Origin: Ferruginibacter sp.
GTDB lineage: Bacteria > Bacteroidota > Bacteroidia > Chitinophagales > Chitinophagaceae
Length of the DNA: 64,000 bases
Assembly: GCA_044230255.1 (NCBI GenBank)
Contig: JBGARK010000006.1
Span: forward strand, 13,033-77,032
Direction: 5' to 3'
Shown: positions 39,720 through 47,031 of the stretch, in pieces
How positions within the stretch are numbered: position 1 is the first letter of the stretch
Layout of the letters: the number at the start of each line of letters is the position of its first letter
Made by a program: the position numbers and the translations under genes
The notes under the pieces: generated by a model
Seen by the model: only the letters and a program-made list of their open reading frames with translations
Told to the model about the DNA's origin: nothing
Database searches by the model: none

Positions 39720-41096
39720 ATGGTAACAGTAATTATTCCCACATTAAATGAGCAGGAAACCATTGCCGCAGTTGTTCAGTCTGCATTTAGCTGCAATAAG
39801 GTTACCGAGGTTTTAGTGATTGATGACAAATCGGTAGATGATACCGTTAGGTTAGCCAAAGCTGCCGGCGCCAAAGTTTTTGCCAGCAGCCGCCTGGGCA
39901 AAGGCGCATCTATGAGAGAAGGTATATTGCTTGCCAAAAATGATATTTTGGTTTTTATTGATGGTGATATTCATCCCTACCCGGAAAACATGATGGAGCA
40001 ACTCATCACTCCCATCATTAATGATGAATGCGATTTTGTAAAATCGAGTTTTACCCGAAATGCAGGGCGGGTAACTGAGCTTGTTGCCAAGCCATTGCTA
40101 AGCATTTTTTTTCCGGAACTTACCAGGTTTGACCAGCCCTTAAGCGGTATGATTGCCGGAAAAAAAACACTATTAAAAGATTTAATTATCCCTAATGATT
40201 ATGGAGTGGATGTTTCCATTCTCATTGATTTATATAGCAAAGGCGCAAGAATAAAGCAGGTAAATATCGGCCATCTCGAAAACCGGAGCAGGCCGCTTAA
40301 CCAAATAGGCAAAATGAGTAAAGATGTGAGCGCCGCCATTTTAAAAAAAGCCATAGACTATAAACGCTCCCTTAACCTGGATGACCTTACCGATTTTGGA
40401 AGAATTACAGAGCAGTTGAGCTTCTCCGTAAAAAAAAGCATACAGCACCTGCAAAAAATGCTCTTACTTGATATGGACGACACCATTTTGCAAGGCCGGT
40501 TTATTCATAAAGCTGCCGAGCATTTTGGCTTTGATAAAGAATTATTACAGTTAAGAAGAGAGTTTGAAAACGATAATATTGCCCTTACCAAATCCATAGC
40601 ACAACTCCTCAAAGGTAAATCCTATGATGAGTTGATTGATGTTGTTGAAACGATTCCATTGGCAAGCAACATAAAGGAAGTGATAAAAGAACTAAAGAAA
40701 AAAGGTTATATCATTGGCATCATCAGCGATAGCTATACTTTAATTACCGAGCATGTTAAACTAAAAATTGGCGCCGATTTTTCATTGGCCAATGAGCTAC
40801 AAATGAACAATGGCATTTGCAACGGCGAAATGCACCTGCCTTCTTTTTTCTTTCGTAATGAAAAAAGCATTTGCAACCACAATTTTTGTAAAACCAATGC
40901 CATGCTTTCGGTTGCAGAAAAATATGAAGTGGATTTAAAAAATATTGTTGCCGTGGGCGATAGCCGCAACGACCTGTGCATGATAATCAAAAGCGGCCTG
41001 GGCGTCTCTTTTTGCACCAAAGATGATGTACTAAAAGAATTTGCTGATATCAATATTAACAGCGCATCTTTTGAACCATTACTGGAAATGGCTTAA
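39720..41096 (+). CDS. fusion protein: glucosyl-3-phosphoglycerate-synthase-like glycosyltransferase (N) + HAD-IB/PSP-like phosphatase (C)
   Basis: The N-domain has 'VIIPTLNE', 'FIDGD' and 'GRVTELVAKPLLSIFFPELTRFDQPLSGMIAG...YGVDVSILIDLY...QVNIGHLENRSRPL'. This closely follows my recollection of the GpgS (GT81) core. The C-domain has HAD motif I 'LLLDMDDTIL' and motif IV 'VGDSRNDLCM'. Confidence 0.7.
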   Translation: MVTVIIPTLNEQETIAAVVQSAFSCNKVTEVLVIDDKSVDDTVRLAKAAGAKVFASSRLGKGASMREGILLAKNDILVFIDGDIHPYPENMMEQLITPIINDECDFVKSSFTRNAGRVTELVAKPLLSIFFPELTRFDQPLSGMIAGKKTLLKDLIIPNDYGVDVSILIDLYSKGARIKQVNIGHLENRSRPLNQIGKMSKDVSAAILKKAIDYKRSLNLDDLTDFGRITEQLSFSVKKSIQHLQKMLLLDMDDTILQGRFIHKAAEHFGFDKELLQLRREFENDNIALTKSIAQLLKGKSYDELIDVVETIPLASNIKEVIKELKKKGYIIGIISDSYTLITEHVKLKIGADFSLANELQMNNGICNGEMHLPSFFFRNEKSICNHNFCKTNAMLSVAEKYEVDLKNIVAVGDSRNDLCMIIKSGLGVSFCTKDDVLKEFADININSASFEPLLEMA

Positions 41097-41112
41097 GAAA
41101 TTATTCAATTAA

Positions 41113-42300
41113 TTATTTTAAAACAGCAAGCGCTTTGCCTACTTTGGTAAAAGCTGCAATGGCTTTATCCAAATGCTGTTGTTCATGGGCTGCGCTAAGC
41201 TGCACCCTGATGCGTGCCTGGCCTTTGGCCACCACCGGAAAAAAGAAACCAATAACATAGATGCCTTCCTCCAATAATTTGGCGGCAAAATTTTGCGCCA
41301 GCACCGCATCATAAAGCATGATGGGTACAATCGGATGGTCACCGGGTTTAATATCAAAGCCGGCTTCCGTCATTTTGGTGCGGAAATATTTTGTGTTGTA
41401 CTCCAGTTTATCTCTCAACTCGGTGGTACTGCTGAGTAAATCCAAAACGGCAATAGAAGCCCCTACAATACTGGGCGCTACCGTATTTGAAAATAAATAG
41501 GGCCTGCTGCGCTGGCGCAGCATTTCAATAATTTCTTTGCGGCCCGACGTAAAACCACCACTTGCGCCTCCCAGCGCTTTACCCAACGTGCCGGTAATAA
41601 TATCAATGCGGCCCATTACGCCACGGTACTCATGGGTGCCCCTGCCTGTTTTTCCCAAAAACCCGGATGAATGGCATTCATCAATCATTACAATGGCATC
41701 ATATTGATCGGCCAGGTCGCAAATTTTATCCAATTGAGCAATAGTACCATCCATGCTAAATGATCCATCCGTAACAATAATACGGCTACGGAGCTTGCTG
41801 CTTTCCTTCAATTTTACTTCAAGGTCGGCCATATTATTATGCTCATACCTATAGCGCTGCGCTTTGCACAGCCTTACCCCGTCAATAATGGAGGCATGGT
41901 TCAACGCATCACTGATGATGGCATCTTCTTCATTAAACAAAGGCTCAAAAACCCCACCGTTGGCATCAAAAGCTGCCGCATAAAGAATGGTATCTTCCGT
42001 GCCTAAAAAAGATGAAATTTTTTGCTCCAGTTCTTTATGGATATCCTGTGTACCGCAAATAAAACGCACACTGCTCATGCCATAGCCCCGGTAATCAATA
42101 TACTTTTTTGCCGCTTCCAGCACTTTGGGATGAGAGGAAAGGCCCAAATAATTATTGGCACAAAAATTTAATACGGTTTTGCCGTTTACTTCTATTTCGG
42201 CTCCCTGTGCACTGCTAATAATCCGCTCTGTTTTATACAAACCTGAAGCTTGTATTTCACTCAGCTCAAGGCGTAACCGGTCAATAAATTTTGGGTTCAT
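41113..42300 (-). CDS. kbl: glycine C-acetyltransferase (2-amino-3-ketobutyrate CoA ligase)
   Basis: '[14 protein letters not shown]' and the PLP-lysine region 'GTLGKALGG'. I prefer the start at 42300 (MNPKFIDRL); the ORF track's start is 42318. Confidence 0.9.
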   Translation of the reverse strand: MNPKFIDRLRLELSEIQASGLYKTERIISSAQGAEIEVNGKTVLNFCANNYLGLSSHPKVLEAAKKYIDYRGYGMSSVRFICGTQDIHKELEQKISSFLGTEDTILYAAAFDANGGVFEPLFNEEDAIISDALNHASIIDGVRLCKAQRYRYEHNNMADLEVKLKESSKLRSRIIVTDGSFSMDGTIAQLDKICDLADQYDAIVMIDECHSSGFLGKTGRGTHEYRGVMGRIDIITGTLGKALGGASGGFTSGRKEIIEMLRQRSRPYLFSNTVAPSIVGASIAVLDLLSSTTELRDKLEYNTKYFRTKMTEAGFDIKPGDHPIVPIMLYDAVLAQNFAAKLLEEGIYVIGFFFPVVAKGQARIRVQLSAAHEQQHLDKAIAAFTKVGKALAVLK

Positions 42301-42460
42301 GTTGGCGTATTTTTTCAAAATTAAGAAACATTAGCTTATAGAATTAGGTGAGTTTCAGTATAAAAAATAACATATTTTGGTTTTGTTTAACATTTTCTTC
42401 CGTCGGTTGTAACCTTTTTGCCGTTATATTCGTTATACCACAAATACAACTGGCTTCATA

Positions 42461-42655
42461 ATGAGTAAAAACAGCAAAATAGTATTCCTGCTCTTCTTTT
42501 TTGCGATTATTTTTATGTGGTATTTTTCTTCTCAAAGCAGTCCAAAGGCGCTACCACAGGAAAATTCTCCGGTTCCTAATTGCTCCAGCAGCCATTGCAT
42601 CCAGGAAACCGACCCGCCGCTACACTTTATTACAAAAAGTATTTTTAAGCTGTAA
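42461..42655 (+). CDS. possible small membrane protein (64 aa)
   Basis: ATG start and one clear TM helix ('IVFLLFFFAIIFMWYF'), upstream of the ECF sigma gene on the same strand. There is no other support. Confidence 0.3.
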   Translation: MSKNSKIVFLLFFFAIIFMWYFSSQSSPKALPQENSPVPNCSSSHCIQETDPPLHFITKSIFKL

Positions 42656-42723
42656 CTTTTGGTTTTATCAAACGTTTCACTATAAATACTAAAAGGCAGC
42701 ATTAAATTTACCGGCACCATTTT

Positions 42724-43206
42724 ATGACAGAACGGGAATATAACGAATGTGTAAACCAATATGCAGATAACCTGTACCGGTTTATCGTTAAAAACCTGCA
42801 GCATGAAGAAGATGCAAGAGATATTGTGCAATCAGCCTTTGAAAAACTTTGGGTAACCCGGCAACAGGTAATAACGGAAAAAAGTAAGAGTTATTTATTT
42901 ACCATTGCCTACCGCCAAATGATTGATCATATTAGAAAAGCAAAAAAGATACGGTATAAGGAAGCATTTGAAGAGCAATCCCTGGGCAGCAGCAGGCAAC
43001 AATATATTAAAGATGCATTACAGCTGGCTTTAAACAAGCTTAATGAAATGCAAAGAAGCCTGGTAATGTTAAAAGATTATGAAGGATATAATTATGCTGA
43101 AATTGGTGAAATCATGAACCTTAACGAAAGCCAGGTGAAAGTTTACCTGCACCGGGCAAGACTGCAACTGAAAACCTATATTGTAAAAACAGAAAATATC
43201 ATTTAA
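42724..43206 (+). CDS. ECF-type RNA polymerase sigma-70 family factor
   Basis: Region 2 ('DARDIVQSAFEKLW') and region 4 HTH ('YNYAEIGEIMNLNESQVKVYLHRAR'), 160 aa. Confidence 0.85.
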   Translation: MTEREYNECVNQYADNLYRFIVKNLQHEEDARDIVQSAFEKLWVTRQQVITEKSKSYLFTIAYRQMIDHIRKAKKIRYKEAFEEQSLGSSRQQYIKDALQLALNKLNEMQRSLVMLKDYEGYNYAEIGEIMNLNESQVKVYLHRARLQLKTYIVKTENII

Positions 43207-43210
43207 CCTA

Positions 43211-44350
43211 ATGAAGATTACCCGCAATAATTACGAAACCTTTTTTTTACTGTATGCCGATCATGAACTTTCGGATGCAGATAAAAAAGATGTTGAATTT
43301 TTTGTGGAAGAAAATGCCGATTTACAAGAAGAGTTTTCACAGATCCTGCAATTGCAATTGCCTGCCCCTCATTTGCAGATGGATAAAACATCTTTGCTAA
43401 AAGAAGAAGGCCATATTTCTACATTGGAAGAAAAATTACTTTTATACTTAGATGGCGAAGCCGGCGCTGAGGTGAAACAGGAGGTGGAAACTTTATTGGC
43501 TACAGACAAAGAAATAGCTGCAAGCTATGCCCTTTTGCAAAAAACCCAACTCTCCTCTTCAGATTCGGTTCTCTTTGAACATAAACAGTTGCTTTACAGG
43601 CAAGAGCCTGCAAAACAAATTAGCATTAAATATTTACGCTGGGCTGCTGCCGCTATTTTACTGGGTATCGGTTTGTTTGCGGGAATAAAAATAAAAAATT
43701 CCGGTATGCTATTTAATAAGCAACCGCAAAATGAGCTGGTTCAAAATACTAAAATATCAACACCGGGTAAAAGCCATTCAAATACAACAACCGCTCAAAG
43801 CCACACGCCAAATATTGGGCAGCAGGATAGTGCCAACGTTTCCCAAAATATTAGTGCGGTAAACCCCGGCGCTTTACCTGGAGAAAATTTACCCGGCACC
43901 ATTCATCAAAAAACAAAATCACCAAACTACAAGGTAGCGTTGGTCACGCCTGCCACCCCGGAAAAAACACATCATCCGGAACCGGGAACCCAGGTGCAAA
44001 ATATAGCGAAGAACCCCATCAACAAACAGCCTGCTTTGCCTCAGCCCGAAGAAGTTGCGGCACAACCAGAGCAGGAAGAATTAACTCTTGCTGCTACTCA
44101 TCAGCCCACAAAAACAATTGTTGATGAAAACATCACCCCTTTAAAAGAACATTTTGCCCTTGCAACAGGATTTCAGGAAATACCCGACGAAAGCACGGCC
44201 AATACCATTTTAATGATGAATGAAAACGAAGTAAAACAAAGCAAAGTGGGAATTTTTTTCCGCAAGCTAAAACGTAATATTGAACGCAGAACAAATATTA
44301 AACCCGGCAAAAAATTGAAAATAGCCAATTTTGAAATTGCCGCTAATTAA
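43211..44350 (+). CDS. putative anti-sigma factor (single-pass membrane protein)
   Basis: It starts 4 nt after the sigma gene. It has an N-terminal cytoplasmic domain, the TM helix 'WAAAAILLGIGLFAGI' and a Pro/Gln/Thr-rich low-complexity exterior region. Confidence 0.6.
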   Translation: MKITRNNYETFFLLYADHELSDADKKDVEFFVEENADLQEEFSQILQLQLPAPHLQMDKTSLLKEEGHISTLEEKLLLYLDGEAGAEVKQEVETLLATDKEIAASYALLQKTQLSSSDSVLFEHKQLLYRQEPAKQISIKYLRWAAAAILLGIGLFAGIKIKNSGMLFNKQPQNELVQNTKISTPGKSHSNTTTAQSHTPNIGQQDSANVSQNISAVNPGALPGENLPGTIHQKTKSPNYKVALVTPATPEKTHHPEPGTQVQNIAKNPINKQPALPQPEEVAAQPEQEELTLAATHQPTKTIVDENITPLKEHFALATGFQEIPDESTANTILMMNENEVKQSKVGIFFRKLKRNIERRTNIKPGKKLKIANFEIAAN

Positions 44351-44379
44351 ACACTCAAAAGCAGATTAATTTAACCAAC

Positions 44380-45255
44380 ATGAAAAGAAAACTATTATGC
44401 TCCGCCCTGTTTGTAAGTATGGCTTTTGCCGGCATTGCCCAAAAAGACAGCAGCCGAAGCACTAAAAGAGACACCATAAGAGTAGGCAATATTTTAATTA
44501 TTAAAAAAGGTAAAGGCTCCGATAATGATAGTGTAAATATTACATTAGGAAGAAGAAGCCCCTCCTATCCATCCTACAACCGTACTACTACCAACTGGGG
44601 CGTATTTGATATTGGGTTTTCCAATTACACCGACAAAACCGATTATGGAAATACCGGAAGCTTCCTGGTTAATAAACCCGGCAGCCCAAATTTCAGCTCA
44701 TCCGATTTTAAATTACGCACCGGAAAAAGCATTAATGTAAATATTTGGTTTTTTATGCAAACCCTTCATTTGGTAAAAAATAACGTGAACTTAAAATATG
44801 GTTTTGGCCTTGAACTAAATAATTACCGCTATAAATCATCCATCAGCTACCGGGAAGATGGCACCCTGCCTTATAGTGGCGGCTTGCAAACCAATGCGCC
44901 GTTTATTTTCAGGGATTCCATTTTCTTCAGTAAAAACAAGCTTGCCGCCGACTACCTTACCATTCCATTTATGATCAATTTTGCCAGCAACAAATACAGT
45001 ATCAATAAAGGCATAAGCGTTTCCTTTGGCGTAAGCGCTGGATATTTATACAGCCAGCGTAATAAACAAAAAAGTGATGAACGGGGCAAAAAACGCAATA
45101 AAGGCGATTACGATATGGAGCGTTTTAAATTGAGCTATATTGCTGAGTTGGGACTTGGCCCGGTAAAATTTTATGGCAGTTACAGTCCAAAATCCATGTA
45201 TGAACATAGCCTGGATATGCGGCCCTATACTATTGGCATTAGGTTTAGCAATTAA
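44380..45255 (+). CDS. outer-membrane beta-barrel protein
   Basis: Signal peptide 'SALFVSMAFAGIAQ' and alternating beta pattern. It is the third gene of the sigma/anti-sigma cluster. Confidence 0.6.
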   Translation: MKRKLLCSALFVSMAFAGIAQKDSSRSTKRDTIRVGNILIIKKGKGSDNDSVNITLGRRSPSYPSYNRTTTNWGVFDIGFSNYTDKTDYGNTGSFLVNKPGSPNFSSSDFKLRTGKSINVNIWFFMQTLHLVKNNVNLKYGFGLELNNYRYKSSISYREDGTLPYSGGLQTNAPFIFRDSIFFSKNKLAADYLTIPFMINFASNKYSINKGISVSFGVSAGYLYSQRNKQKSDERGKKRNKGDYDMERFKLSYIAELGLGPVKFYGSYSPKSMYEHSLDMRPYTIGIRFSN

Positions 45256-45280
45256 TAATTTTAAAAAATATTTATTTTAT

Positions 45281-45307
45281 TTCCCTGAAAATTCAGGGAA
45301 TTTTTTT
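45281..45307 (+). terminator. intrinsic terminator after the sigma/anti-sigma/OMP cluster
   Basis: ttccctg-aaaatt-cagggaa followed by ttttttt. Confidence 0.8.
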
Positions 45308-45312
45308 GCACA

Positions 45313-45456
45313 AAAACGAACTATAATACTGTTTTTAATAATAAAAAGGGGGTTATAGCAGCAAAATAATGTTAAAAACGAATTATAATGCTGTTTTACT
45401 AATATTTTTATATTAATTTTACTACTCCAATACAAAAGCAAAACATAGTTCGTTTT
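45313..45456. repeat. three copies of the 12-mer AAAACGAAYTAT (two direct, one inverted) upstream of hipB
   Basis: 45313-45324 is aaaacgaactat and 45375-45386 is aaaacgaattat. 45445-45456 is atagttcgtttt, the exact reverse complement of copy 1. Copies 1 and 2 extend to about 25 nt with 2 mismatches. Confidence 0.85.
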
Positions 45457-45466
45457 ATAAGTAAAA

Positions 45467-45688
45467 ATGGAGCATTTAAAAAAATTAGGAGAGCAAATAA
45501 CAAAAAGAAGAGAATTGCTATCGCTTACCCAAAAAGATGTGGCAACTGCCGTAAACTTAAGTGATGCTACCATACGGTTTATAGAAAGAGGCAGGCCAGG
45601 TGTATCTATTGCAAATTGGATTAAAGTTGCAGACCTACTTGGGTTGGAAATACAGGTTTTAAATAAAAAAATGAGTGCTGAAAAATAA
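45467..45688 (+). CDS. hipB: XRE-family HTH protein (HipB-like)
   Basis: 73 aa, with 'LSLTQKDVATAVNLSDATIRFIERG' as a Cro/C1-type HTH. It is the first gene of the three-gene module. Confidence 0.75.
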   Translation: MEHLKKLGEQITKRRELLSLTQKDVATAVNLSDATIRFIERGRPGVSIANWIKVADLLGLEIQVLNKKMSAEK

Positions 45689-45690
45689 TA

Positions 45691-46029
45691 ATGAAATCAG
45701 GAAAAGTATATAATAATGATGTTTTAGCCGGAATTATAATTAAAGACGATAACGGCATTTACCAGTTTAATTACGATGAACGATATTATGCTAACCCGCT
45801 TATGCCGGCCATAAGCTTAACCCTTCCCAAAACAAAACGTATTCACCTGTCATCTACATTATTTTCTTTTTTTTTTAATTTATTAAGCGAGGGAAGCAAT
45901 AAAAAACTGCAAAGCCAATTCCTTAAAATTGATGAAGAAGATCATTTTGAGTTTTTATTAAAAACAACTTCACATGAAACCATCGGCGCTATAAGAGTGG
46001 AAGAAATTCTAAACGATGAAAAACATTAA
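45691..46029 (+). CDS. hipS: HipA N-terminal-subdomain protein (HipS-like)
   Basis: 112 aa. 'VYNNDVLAGII...', 'LFSFFFNLLSEGS' and 'IGAIRV' align with the N-terminal subdomain of HipA. It starts 2 nt after the hipB stop. Confidence 0.7.
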   Translation: MKSGKVYNNDVLAGIIIKDDNGIYQFNYDERYYANPLMPAISLTLPKTKRIHLSSTLFSFFFNLLSEGSNKKLQSQFLKIDEEDHFEFLLKTTSHETIGAIRVEEILNDEKH

Positions 46030-47029
46030 TAAATGCCCCAGTACATTAAAAGAAGGCTACCATACGTATAGCCCGGGAGCCTTACGCAATGTTTTTAAAG
46101 GAAAAAAAACATCGCATATTTTACCCTATTATATTTCCCAGGCCAAAAAAGAACAACGGAAACTTTTTACAGAAAACCGGGTGCGCATTTCCATATCGGG
46201 TGTACAGGAAAAAGTATCTTTAAAATTTGAAAAAAATATTTTAACGCTCACCATAACGGATGGTGAATATATTTTAAAGCCCATTCCAAAAGATCTTGAT
46301 AACATTGAAGCCGTGCCTGCCAATGAACATGTAACCATGCAATTGGCAGCACAGATTTTTAATATGGATGTGGCCAAAAATGCTTTGATTTTTTTTGGCG
46401 ACGGAGAACAGGCCTACATCACAAAACGATTTGATGTAATGGCAGATGGAAGGCGTTGCCTTAAAGAAGATTTTGCAAGCCTGCTTAATAAAACCAGCGA
46501 AACAGGAAACAAAAATTATAAATACGAAGGAAGCTATACCGATATTGCCCATGCCATTGATTTGTACCTGCCTGCCGCAGCAATTGCAAAAGAAAAACTT
46601 TTTCAACTGGCGGTTTTCAATTACCTGGTAAGCAATGGCGATGCTCACTTAAAAAATTTTTCTGTAATTGACTATTTACAAGATGGCTTTTATGATTTAG
46701 CGCCGGCATACGATTTATTGTGTACCCGCCTGCATATTAATGATGGGGATTTTGGGCTAAAGGATGCCCTTTACGAAGGAGATTTTAACCATCCCAGTTT
46801 TTCCACTTATGGCTATCATGCCTATGATGACTTTTATGATTTTGGAATTAAAATTGGCTTACATCCAAAAAGAATACAATTTTTTCTACTTAAATTCCTG
46901 TCTAAAAAAGCAGATACGGAAGTATTGGTAAAACGAAGCTTTCTCTCTGCCGAAATGCAAAATTTATACTTAGAATATTTTAATCACAAACTTCGTCGGC
47001 TTGGAACATCCTTGTCAAAAAAAATATAA
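46016..47029 (+). CDS. hipT: HipA-family Ser/Thr kinase core lacking the N-subdomain (HipT-like toxin)
   Basis: Gly-rich loop 'RISISGVQEKVS', catalytic 'NGDAHLKNFS' and 'DLAPAYD'. It overlaps the hipS-like ORF by 14 nt. Confidence 0.75.
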   Translation: MKNINKCPSTLKEGYHTYSPGALRNVFKGKKTSHILPYYISQAKKEQRKLFTENRVRISISGVQEKVSLKFEKNILTLTITDGEYILKPIPKDLDNIEAVPANEHVTMQLAAQIFNMDVAKNALIFFGDGEQAYITKRFDVMADGRRCLKEDFASLLNKTSETGNKNYKYEGSYTDIAHAIDLYLPAAAIAKEKLFQLAVFNYLVSNGDAHLKNFSVIDYLQDGFYDLAPAYDLLCTRLHINDGDFGLKDALYEGDFNHPSFSTYGYHAYDDFYDFGIKIGLHPKRIQFFLLKFLSKKADTEVLVKRSFLSAEMQNLYLEYFNHKLRRLGTSLSKKI

Positions 47030-47031
47030 GC

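Noticed and set aside
42344-42831. Other 63-99-aa ORFs in the kbl-sigma spacer (42344-42535 minus, 42501-42692 plus, 42532-42831 minus)
   Set aside because: They overlap each other and the sigma gene and have odd composition. Only the 42461-42655 ORF has a plausible TM helix, and I rate even that one low.
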